Both the position numbers and the translations under genes were made by a program. From Patescibacteria group bacterium (GTDB lineage Bacteria > Patescibacteriota > Patescibacteriia > UBA1558 > S5-K13): a DNA stretch of 35,541 bases. Positions 9,401 through 18,700 of this stretch are shown piece after piece; position 1 is the stretch's first letter, and every line of letters starts with the position of its first letter. The notes under the pieces were generated by a model, which had not been told where the DNA came from, made no database searches, and worked only from the letters and a program-made list of their open reading frames with translations. The stretch spans positions 1 through 35,541 of the forward strand of contig JAQVMR010000001.1 of assembly GCA_028703545.1 (NCBI GenBank), written 5' to 3'.

Positions 9401-12400
9401 TGAATTTATAGATCAATCGATTTCTGAACCCATTGATTCATTGGGTCGAACATCTTCCAGTAGATCAAATTTAATTCCAAGTCCATACAATGAATACGGT
9501 AATACATCAAATGTTTTCTTTAAAAAAGCACCCGATTATTATAATTGTAAGAGCCTTAATCCAGCTCCTGAATGTGATAATTATTCTAAGTATTGTTCAA
9601 AAGAAGATAATGGTTGTGAACTATATAGACCCGTAAATGGGGATGCTTCGGTAAGTGCTATAGTTACGCAAAATGATGTTTGTCCATCTGAGTGTAATAA
9701 ATTTCAATCATATTCACAGCTACCAAATTATTTTGATAAGTTAGAGGCCCAAGATGCTAATGAAAATATTCCAGATCCTATTACAAGAAATTTTATAGCA
9801 GATACAGCACAAAATTGTCTTGAACCATCTTGTGAGGAGTTTACAAATATAGATAGCACTAGTCAGGGCGGAGAAGGAAGAGAATATTATAATTTTTTAA
9901 GGCAGTGCGTAACGCCCAATGATGTTAATAATGAAATAAGTATATATTATACATGGGAGGGATCTGATACAGCTGGATTTCAATTAAAAACATGGAAATT
10001 ATTAGAGAGCAACTTATCAGACGGTAATATAGCAGGAAGAAATGCTCCATGTACTAATATTGCAATAGGTGGTTTTGAGTGTTCTGATTTGTCGAGTGGG
10101 AGATCCTGTGATCCAGAAAATGATTTAGATTGTAGAAGTTTCTATGATATGAATTCAATATCATATAATAGAAAATTATCAAAAACAATTCCAATTACAG
10201 ATGAATGTATAAGATTAAGAAGAACATTAAGTAATGTCGTTTACAAGGTGGTTCCATCTATGAGTCAAAGGTGTTCAGAGTCAAATGTTGGATGTATTGA
10301 ATATAAAGGAAATAATGGAAATAATATAAGAAATGTTTTGATAGAAAATTTTGAATACGGCACATCAAACCCCTGGAATTTTTCTAATGGATTAAGCTTT
10401 CACCCATCTTCAGAATCATTACAGTATGGAGGTTCCTCATTGGCTGTTTATACGTTTGGGGGGGCGACACAATTTACACTATCATATAATTTAACAGAAA
10501 ATGGATTCAATATTATTCCAGGAAGAGAATATACTCTAAGTTTTTGGGTAAAGAAATTTAGTGACAATGATACATACGGAGAAGATAGTGATTTAATAGA
10601 AGATTCCGAACAACAGGCAATAAATTTTGAAAATTTAATTTTTAATAAAGCAAGGGCACAGGAAAATTCAAATTTGACATTTACGTCTTCTGTCGTTGAA
10701 AATCCAGAATGGGAACTCAGGCAATTAAATATTATTGTAGCACCAACTACTATAACAGAAGAAGATGAAGTTTTATTGATTATAAATATCCCAATAGTAA
10801 ATTCATCTGACTTGAGAGATGGAATATTTATAGACAATATAACACTGAAAGAATTTCAAAATAATTTTTATAAAATAAGAGATTCATGGAATACTCCACG
10901 TGTTTGCGTTGATAATGATAATAATGGAATTATTGATAATAAATATTTAGGTTGTCAGGAATATAAGGACAGGAAAAAATCATCAAATTATTTATATCAG
11001 TTTAGTAATATTTGTAATCCAGAAAATGTAGGATGTCGTGCTGTTATTGACACAAAGAATTCCAAGATGCCATTCAAACAAGTTTTTAATGCTTATTGTA
11101 ATAATACAGGAAGTGCAAGTAATCCAGAATGCACAAAGAATAAATATTATTATTTAAATAATAGAGAAGAGCCAATTTCAGGAAATGATTCAGATAGCAT
11201 GATAAAGGTTCCTGAAGATACAATAGAATATATTGTAGAGGACAATAAATTTCAATGTACTAATTCTGAAAAAGGATGTCAGAATTTAGCTATATTAGAC
11301 AATAGCGGAAATCCAAGCGATGTGTTTATGGTAAATAATCCAGATGATTATATATCAGATGACTATTTTGGTGCTCAAAACCAGACTCTATGTTTATCCA
11401 AGTATAATAATTGTGTGTCTATGGAAAAGTTGGATGGTAGTTATTTATTTAAAATTCATCCAAGGGAGAACTTGTGTGAATATAGAAAAGCAGAAATTGG
11501 TTTGGGATTACCAGCTGGTTTTTATAAGAAAGGAACGAATGAAGCATGTGATGGCCTATTATATAACAAGGGTTATGATGAATCTATGAATAATATAGAA
11601 AATACATTGAATGATCATTCTATATTCCCAGAGTTTACTAATTCTTACGCAGCAGTGTGTCCTCAGGCACAGGATTCTTGTACCGCATTTATAGACCCAC
11701 AGGATAATTTAAATCAGATACCACAAACTTTAAATTTTTATAACACAGAAAATAATAATACCCCCAATTGGAAATTATTTGATTTAAACATAAACGGAAC
11801 AATCGCACCTGTGCAAGGTAATGTTTCTGCCACATCTTCAGGAATTGAGTTTGCTGCCAATTCAGGAGAATTAGCAAGGAATAGTTACAATTTTTCTGTA
11901 GAACAAAAACAAATTTATAAATTAGCTGGATTTGTTAAATTTGATGCATCTTCAGAAAATAAAAATAGATTTATTTCAACACATTTAATTTGTAAAAAGA
12001 ATAAAAACTCAGATGAATATTATTACTCTGTTGCTGAAAATAAATTACCATACGCATTTCCAGATTTAAATTCAAATTATTTTGTAAAGGAAAACGCTGG
12101 TAATGTCGATAAATGGATTTATATATATGGACTCTATACAATAGAGCCAGGTGCAAATTTTTGTAATGTTGCATTCTATTACGGCGGAAATGATGGAAAT
12201 ATATCAATTATAAATATGTCATTTGAAAAATTACAAGGATATTATACATATATTGATAATCAAAATATTGATAGAACAACTTGTATAGAACCAAGCAAAG
12301 AAAAGGGGTGTGTTTTATTTCATCAAGTTACAGATCCAACCCTAAGATGGAGTTCAGATATAAGTTATGATAATTCTAGTTTAGTAATGGGAAATTTGTA

Positions 12401-15400
12401 TTCTGTTGCAGACTCTAATGTGCTCTTGAAGGTTACAAAAGATAGAACTTGTGGAGAATGGGCGACTTGTGGTTCATCTATTAAAACAGTTGATGAAAAA
12501 ACAGGACAAGAAAAAAATTCTTGTATATCTCTTATTGGATGCGACTCCCTCTCTGCAGACAATTCTCAGTGTGATAATTTTATTTTAAGAGATGACAGCG
12601 TAAAACCACTTACATTTGATGATTATCAGAGACAAATGGGTATTGATTTATCATGGTCAGAAATGGATTATAGTGGATATTCTGTGCCAGGACTTTATCC
12701 TCTTGATAGTTTGTCGATATTTCCGACCAACACAACAACAAAGGAATATGAATTGGGGAGATCCGTAATTAAGAGAAATGTATCTGGACAAAATTTAGTT
12801 TATAAGTTTGGCTTGGGAGTTGATCCAGTTGAATCTTATTATAATGCATATAAATACCTAGATAGTCAATATAAAACATGTAGATTGTATCCAGAAAAAG
12901 ATTCACCATTTGTATGGACTCCTAGCATAGTTTTGGAATCTACTGCAACGACAGTTGGTGGAGTTTCTTATTCAATTCCTACATCCTTGAATCAAAGATT
13001 TCAAAATGCGAATATATGTCAACCAAAGTTTAACACTGAGGATCCGCCTTTGATAGATTGGTCACTGGGATTAAATAATGATTGTGATTGTAATTATACA
13101 AAAGTTACATACGGTTCTTCAAAAAATCTATATTTTCCTTATGGATATAGTAATATACCAGCAAATATTACAGAAGAATACTCTGCAACAACCATATCAA
13201 ATAAGAAATCACAAACAAATTTTATAGGATGGCGAGGATTCTGCTTAGAAAGAGATGATTCATTTTTGGCAACACCTCCTAACACAATCAGTGGAAATGG
13301 TGATAGATATAAAACAAGATGTTTATCTTGGTATCCTGTTGATTCTATAAGTGGTGAGATTGATTTATATTCTGTAGCACCAGAATCTAAAATATCTATG
13401 CCATCTGACTCTAAAGTGTGTTTAGTTGCAGATGATTATGTAACGGAAGAAGATAGAGTATACTGTGCCTTTTGGAGTTCAAATGAGAGCGAATCTAAAG
13501 CTGGTTTGTATGGCACTCAAGGGTCAGGTCATGGTTATAATGCTTTTGACCCTCAATTGTCAAGATGCAATGTATTGGCCTATGTGCCAGCAGGGACAAA
13601 ATTGTCACAAAATTCAGAAGAAGATTTTTATAACTACTTTACAAATCCAGATAATTATTGGACTCAGGATGAATTTAATGATAAATTTGTAACACAAACA
13701 CTAACAAATAACCAAGATAAAAGTTATGATATTATATATGGGGTTAATTGGCCAAGCTGGTATGAAAACAATGTTTATTATGCTGGTTTTCACTGTAATC
13801 TTTATTCAGAAGGGGGGCACTATTGGAGAGAGAAGGAGCTAAAATTTAATCCTATAGAATTTATGGAAGTTGAAAATCCTGAGGGCGACCTCACATTGGC
13901 ATTGGAGAGAGATTTCATGGAAGATTTTAAAAATAAATTATTGCCCAAGTTTCCAATTAATCAGCCTATTGATTTTTATTACTATGATGAGGGCGTGAAA
14001 CCTTCTGGTGAAAGCTATGTAGGAACTGACGGTCATGGTGTTTATGAATGGGATGACCTTAATTCCGGTTATAGGGCTAATCTATTCAGTACAGATGATA
14101 AACGAAATGTATTTATTCCACTCAGTAAGAAAGGTTATGGCTTCGACGATGACAATACTCAAGCATGTAGTAGTGCCCAAACTGTTGGAGATGCTTATAG
14201 AGAAGCCTGTGATGCAGCTAATACTCATTTTGGTGATGAATTTAACCCTTCTTTACCATATCCAAAAGGACATGAGGTTTATACAGATTGTGTCAGTGGT
14301 GGAGATTCTGAATCAATGTGGAATCCACTTAGACACAATTATTATGTTCATTATGACGGAACTAATAAGCATACCTACAGTCAAGGATGGCCTATTGGGC
14401 CTCAAAGCGTAGATGATTATGCAGGAAATATGTCATCTTGTCCTTCTGGTGATTGTGCGTCCAGCTATGATGATTTTCAAAGTATTAAAGCTTGTAGGGC
14501 TACTGGACTTATCAGTGATTCAAGTGATTCTGGATTTGATAATGTTATATTTCATTCGGATAATTATTATATAAATTATATACTGAAGTTTGGTGATGTT
14601 GGCACAACAACAGATTCAATATGTACAATACAAAATAATAATATTTGTTCTTCTATAGAAGTTGGGAAATCGAATTTATTCTCATATGATACTCTTATTT
14701 TAAGAGTTAAAGACGTAGCACAAGAAAATACTAATTTTAATGTCAATAATCATATAGGCACAGAGTTTGGTTTGTCGTCTGGTGTGAGTAGTTTAAGAGA
14801 TCCTATACATTCTAATTCTGATAATTTTAAGAATTATTATTATACATACTCTACTGATATTAAAAATTCACTAACAGGAGCTAGGAATAATTTAAGTAAT
14901 TCAATAGTAAAAATTGCAAATATAGAGCATTATCAATATGCAGTCAATGCGTGGGAGGAGGGTAATTGGGTCACATCTTCATATATTTGGGATTTAAGAG
15001 AAAATTCAGAAAACAATGCTCCAATTATCAAGCAAGTAAATAAAGATGGAGAGGGAGCCAGGGGAATAACAGTTAATAACAGTAATTCTGCGGATATATA
15101 TGCCGTGAAAAGTCTAAAAGTTAATTTGAGTTTTTACGCTTACGCTCGGTGGGGCAGATCTCCAATAAAAGAAATAAAATTGGATTGGTATGGCGACGAC
15201 TCCGATACATTAACACTTCCAGGACCATTTAAAAATAAAAGAGCAGAATGTATAAGAAAGTGTGCGGATAAATATAGTTCAATTTCAATACAAGATTGGA
15301 ACAATGGTGATTATTGTAATTCTGATTCTGATTGTACAGGCGGGCAAAAATGTTTTTCCTATGGTTGGGGTAATGATCAAAATTCTTGTGTTGAAGACGA

Positions 15401-15665
15401 ATTTAATTATTCATTTGTATATGTTTGCACCCCAGATAGCGACTATTGGATTGATAGTTGTGAAATAGCGGGTGATGAACCATGTTGTATATTTAATCCA
15501 GCAGTTATAATTACTGACTCTTGGGGAAATTCCTCTGAATCGGGAATGTCTGATGAAAAATCAATTATAATAACAACAAATCAAGGAATTTTGAATATTA
15601 GAAATCGACAACAAAACATAGAAGAAGACGAAGAAGACGAAGAAGACGATGTAACATTTAGATGA
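6438..15665 (+). CDS. Giant secreted Cys-rich multidomain protein (3,075 aa from the preferred start), function unknown
   Basis: Longest ORF in the window (track: 6405..15665). I prefer the ATG at 6438, 4 nt after the upstream TAA, because it gives a classical signal peptide MINKKSKFILIIVTTIFVFNTILVVPRKVEA/QTT. The first ~450 mature residues are Cys-poor. About 88 Cys (hand count) then lie mainly in spacers between three Cys-poor CBM4_9-like beta-sandwich modules. The tail is acidic (EEDEEDEEDD). There is no TM anchor or LPXTG motif. Confidence 0.85.
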   Translation: MINKKSKFILIIVTTIFVFNTILVVPRKVEAQTTDYAHIAVTLGKWAWEKVERVATKFYDSLVTVTFKRVIGNFLNNLAYEAATSLAYGAPGEKKKFFTKGFDEFLENEADAAVGEVLIAFGESLEIKGFDICNPTDPNFAIDLVTDQFKIRSGQKIQARCKLSEMSKKWGEIAQKYIDNPLALFSLNGQSLAELGFTEGGNKNEQMAKVLENLLDPKQSDAAVEISIRDQIQQTEKASNEKSKDTIATARETGGVLPSTDAPTERKLEPSKQAEEDLKTNIGADKKQSPLLTYTGNLVADTAGVFMDTYMAASLKNLIMELYRKALNENESYSPELNQLIAKKPFSFKDYIDQVYSSVKKISFNMNATDIELISEMQMTMRDPNLGIPGNLNDSVIDSDFAEVLRRAQLQDPMTLRQAIEENLINGNKIFGFKDLNNTQILQQPDLSEGISYDNMKKLRKNRVIPVGWELAALKIAQLAKNGTLICQPGGCTLNDVMSQYNQYGNYKYGEVVNDEVQWKTAPDNLCGWRSYPQLNLTQAQCNKDYLRGAPHYLDDIEVKWVGDSVSNERTGICYKYSFDNNGFLSEITEESSIVSEDDCDIVNSNWYYEWMDGGCLIIESGEAPLCGLINPDWVLKAPVQKCFAKGYYSALEMNESSNRYQDCADTRQCLKEDDGGRCIGGYGYCLKEKNIWKFKGDVCDKNYNGCVSITDDENKQQAYLINTLRDCPQEQSGCRKYLSTKIKSDTSYVWDLNIENFFFNRNITSCNKLKEGCNNFINIERGVNLIPNSSFEIDEGREDLIPDGWSVTGFKLSSASALLGRYSLTLDNGLSDNTNITDSLTEDLGDDSGISNADTGKISGNERDGRGINTGKEDLRSNGETSNSDNGTVNGNEIGGGGINTGDLSMNIKIPGMGNYVLSYHVKNISGNSVVVPYINDMSLDDAKFEESEATDWIRKYATYTVLDNSTEELSLSINGRGSFYLDDIQFEFIDQSISEPIDSLGRTSSSRSNLIPSPYNEYGNTSNVFFKKAPDYYNCKSLNPAPECDNYSKYCSKEDNGCELYRPVNGDASVSAIVTQNDVCPSECNKFQSYSQLPNYFDKLEAQDANENIPDPITRNFIADTAQNCLEPSCEEFTNIDSTSQGGEGREYYNFLRQCVTPNDVNNEISIYYTWEGSDTAGFQLKTWKLLESNLSDGNIAGRNAPCTNIAIGGFECSDLSSGRSCDPENDLDCRSFYDMNSISYNRKLSKTIPITDECIRLRRTLSNVVYKVVPSMSQRCSESNVGCIEYKGNNGNNIRNVLIENFEYGTSNPWNFSNGLSFHPSSESLQYGGSSLAVYTFGGATQFTLSYNLTENGFNIIPGREYTLSFWVKKFSDNDTYGEDSDLIEDSEQQAINFENLIFNKARAQENSNLTFTSSVVENPEWELRQLNIIVAPTTITEEDEVLLIINIPIVNSSDLRDGIFIDNITLKEFQNNFYKIRDSWNTPRVCVDNDNNGIIDNKYLGCQEYKDRKKSSNYLYQFSNICNPENVGCRAVIDTKNSKMPFKQVFNAYCNNTGSASNPECTKNKYYYLNNREEPISGNDSDSMIKVPEDTIEYIVEDNKFQCTNSEKGCQNLAILDNSGNPSDVFMVNNPDDYISDDYFGAQNQTLCLSKYNNCVSMEKLDGSYLFKIHPRENLCEYRKAEIGLGLPAGFYKKGTNEACDGLLYNKGYDESMNNIENTLNDHSIFPEFTNSYAAVCPQAQDSCTAFIDPQDNLNQIPQTLNFYNTENNNTPNWKLFDLNINGTIAPVQGNVSATSSGIEFAANSGELARNSYNFSVEQKQIYKLAGFVKFDASSENKNRFISTHLICKKNKNSDEYYYSVAENKLPYAFPDLNSNYFVKENAGNVDKWIYIYGLYTIEPGANFCNVAFYYGGNDGNISIINMSFEKLQGYYTYIDNQNIDRTTCIEPSKEKGCVLFHQVTDPTLRWSSDISYDNSSLVMGNLYSVADSNVLLKVTKDRTCGEWATCGSSIKTVDEKTGQEKNSCISLIGCDSLSADNSQCDNFILRDDSVKPLTFDDYQRQMGIDLSWSEMDYSGYSVPGLYPLDSLSIFPTNTTTKEYELGRSVIKRNVSGQNLVYKFGLGVDPVESYYNAYKYLDSQYKTCRLYPEKDSPFVWTPSIVLESTATTVGGVSYSIPTSLNQRFQNANICQPKFNTEDPPLIDWSLGLNNDCDCNYTKVTYGSSKNLYFPYGYSNIPANITEEYSATTISNKKSQTNFIGWRGFCLERDDSFLATPPNTISGNGDRYKTRCLSWYPVDSISGEIDLYSVAPESKISMPSDSKVCLVADDYVTEEDRVYCAFWSSNESESKAGLYGTQGSGHGYNAFDPQLSRCNVLAYVPAGTKLSQNSEEDFYNYFTNPDNYWTQDEFNDKFVTQTLTNNQDKSYDIIYGVNWPSWYENNVYYAGFHCNLYSEGGHYWREKELKFNPIEFMEVENPEGDLTLALERDFMEDFKNKLLPKFPINQPIDFYYYDEGVKPSGESYVGTDGHGVYEWDDLNSGYRANLFSTDDKRNVFIPLSKKGYGFDDDNTQACSSAQTVGDAYREACDAANTHFGDEFNPSLPYPKGHEVYTDCVSGGDSESMWNPLRHNYYVHYDGTNKHTYSQGWPIGPQSVDDYAGNMSSCPSGDCASSYDDFQSIKACRATGLISDSSDSGFDNVIFHSDNYYINYILKFGDVGTTTDSICTIQNNNICSSIEVGKSNLFSYDTLILRVKDVAQENTNFNVNNHIGTEFGLSSGVSSLRDPIHSNSDNFKNYYYTYSTDIKNSLTGARNNLSNSIVKIANIEHYQYAVNAWEEGNWVTSSYIWDLRENSENNAPIIKQVNKDGEGARGITVNNSNSADIYAVKSLKVNLSFYAYARWGRSPIKEIKLDWYGDDSDTLTLPGPFKNKRAECIRKCADKYSSISIQDWNNGDYCNSDSDCTGGQKCFSYGWGNDQNSCVEDEFNYSFVYVCTPDSDYWIDSCEIAGDEPCCIFNPAVIITDSWGNSSESGMSDEKSIIITTNQGILNIRNRQQNIEEDEEDEEDDVTFR
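9006..9146 (+). repeat. 93-nt-period direct repeat inside a G/N/D/S-rich insert of the giant gene
   Basis: ggaaatgaaagagatggtcgtggaataaatacagga (9018-9053) and ggaaatgaaataggtggtggtggaataaatacaggt (9111-9146) are offset by 93 nt. They encode GNERDGRGINTG and GNEIGGGGINTG. Confidence 0.8.
15621..15647 (+). repeat. Perfect (GAAGAAGAC)x3 microsatellite encoding EEDEEDEED, ending six codons before the giant gene's stop
   Basis: Read directly: gaagaagac gaagaagac gaagaagac, followed by gat gta aca ttt aga tga. Confidence 0.95.
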
Positions 15666-15702
15666 TATTTATTTAATGGATAATGCTCGGGTATAAATTT
15701 GT

Positions 15703-18700
15703 ATGATAAATAGAGATAATAAAATATATAAAACATTGAGAAGTATAATACAAAAATTTAAAAATTTTGAAAATTCTTTAACAAGAAAAAGAAAAATTTT
15801 TTACGCTATTTCTTTATTTTTTATTTGTATATTTTTTTGTTTCCCGGGGGCAACAGCGAGGGCGACATTAATGGATGCAATTCTTAATCTACTTACAAAT
15901 TTATTTTTGACTATACTTAGTTTTTTGGGTTGGATTGCTACTAAACTTATGATAGCTTTAGTTTTTTTTGCAACATGGGGTAAATACACAACAGGCATAC
16001 ATGCAGTTGTTGAAGGATGGAAAATTGCAAGAGATATATGTAATATGTTTTTTATATTTATACTTCTTATAATCTCATTTGCTACTATAATAGGCATAGA
16101 ATCATATTCATATAAAAAATGGCTAGGGAAGGTTGTAATATTTTCAATTCTAATAAATTTTTCTAAAATGATCACAGGTCTTTTAATAGATGTTTCTCAG
16201 ATAGTGATGTTAACATTTGTGAGTGGATTTAAAGATGCAACTGTGGGTAATTTTGCAAAGGGCCTTCATTTAGACCAGTTGATGAAAAAGGAAGCAGGCA
16301 CAAGTTCAGAAGAAAAGAATAGCAGCACAAGTGTTTTTGTAACAGTGGTGTTAGCTTGTATAATGTTGGTAGTTTTAAATGTCATATTGGTTATTATGAT
16401 AGTTATGCTTGTGGGAAGAATTTTGAGTTTTTGGATTTTGGCAATTTTATCTCCTTTTGCATTTTTACTTCAAGCATCTCCTGCGGGGGGTAAATATGCA
16501 AATGAGTGGTGGCAGTCTCTTTCAAAAAATCTTATTAGTGGTCCAATACTTGCAATGTTTATTTATTTGACAATGGCAACAATTCAAAATTCTGTTGATG
16601 CAGACCATAATAAAGTTGAGAATTTATCTGAAATTGGTGGAGTTTTAGACAAAGATGAAGAAAATATGGGTACTAGTGGGGCAACAGTTGGGCAGTATTC
16701 TTTAGAGAAGACCAGTATGATTTTAGATTTTATTATTGTTATTGCTATGATGATTGCAGCCATAAGGATAGCGGGATCGCTTGGAGTAATGGGTTCAAGT
16801 TTTGCTGGTAATATGTCAAATAAATTACAGAAAGCTGGTTCTTCAGCCCTTAAACTTGGTATGGCGGGGGTCGGTGCTGCTACAGGAGCAAATTATTTAG
16901 CGAAAAGATATAGGGCATATAAAGAAATTAGAAAAGATAGAAAAGATCAAAAAGCATATCAAGATGCACAGAAATTTATGGATAGAACTGGAAAAATGAA
17001 GCAGGGCGTTGGTAAATTTATGCAAAATCCACTAAAATCTTTGTCCAGTGACAGAAATAAAGTAGGAAGATTTTTTAAAGGAGCTGAACAAAAAAGACAG
17101 AATGTTGCAAAATGGGCTAGTGGTACTTGGGCTGGAAGACGTGCTCATGATTTAAATTTTGCCCAAAAGGCTAGAGAAAGAGCAGAAAAATCAGCAAATG
17201 CGGCTTCTCATCTTTCTTATGCTAGGAGCATGGGAGTTCGCAATACCCAAGATATAGATAATTTGGAAAATGGTTTAGATACTCGAAGAACCAACATAGA
17301 TAGAGATGAAGCACATTTTATAGAAGAATATAGAAATAGTCATCCAGGGGCCAATATAACAGATATAGATCAGATAGATAAGGGTACATTAAATGAGGAT
17401 CAAAGAGTGCAGCTTGATAATTTGAATAATAATAGAAAAAAAATAGAAACAGAACAGGGACACATAGATGGACTTAGAGATTTGGTTGGAGGTTTAGATG
17501 TGCAAGAGGCGGAATTTATAAATAATTATCGAAATAATAATCCTACTTCTACTGCAACAGATTTAAGTGAAATAGATAGAAGAACCCTGACTGATCAAGA
17601 AAGAAATAAACTTTATAGTTTAATGAATCAAAGAACAAGATATGATCAATCAGGAGAGAATAAAAATTTAGAAACTTTAGATGATTTATATAAAAGACAT
17701 AATATAAAGAATGAACAGAAGAATAGTTTAGATAGGCAAGAGGCGGAATTTATAAATAATTATAGAAATAATAATCCGGGCGTTAGAATAACATCTTTGG
17801 GTGACATAGATAGAACTACTTTGAATGATCAACAGAGAACTGAACTTGCTAAATTGGAAAAACAAAGAAATAAGTTGGGAGAAGTTGGACCGGCTATAAA
17901 TAATTATGAAGATGTTTTAGCAAATACAAGAATTTTAGATGAAACTATAAATCATTTTCAGGAAAAATCAGAGAAATCATCAAGAGCTGCTCAGGGTTGG
18001 ACAGAATTTGGAACTGGTGCCGCAGCTGTATTTAGAAGATCCCTTTTGGCAACATCATTTTTAGCTCCATTTGCTTCTGCTCTTGGGGGGTCATTTTTTG
18101 CTCCACTAGCTAATTTATATGGAATTCATACAGCAACAGGCGGTGTATATGGTGCATTGGCATCTTCTGGTGCAAGCTGGTCAATGGCTGCTGCAGCTGC
18201 ACCTGGCTTAACGAGTGATGCAGGTAAGGCACTTGAGCGAAGTGGTCAGGCAGATGTAAGGGATGCTGCAAATTATTTAAGTAATAAAGTTATGGATGCT
18301 GCAAAAAAATTTGAGGATATGGATACAGGAATGGTAGAACGCATGAGAGATGATATAAAAACTTCTAATGTGGATTATATGGCAGCTCAATTCCAATTAT
18401 TAAAAAGAGGTCTTGTGGGTGTAGATCAAATACCACAGCTTTTATCTGATTTACAAAATCGTGGTGCTGATAGAAATACACTGAGATCATTTGAAGGAGA
18501 AATAAGAAAACAATTCCCAACGGAAGGTAGATGGTTAGATGCACAAGGAAGGCCATTATTAGACGGAGACAGAGGAAGTAGACAGGCAGAACAGATGAGA
18601 CTCAATGGAGTGGGAAGAGTATTAGAGGGTATAAATGCAACGGGATATACACAAGAAATAATAAGAAATGCCATTAGAGAATCAAGAACGCCCGCTGAAC

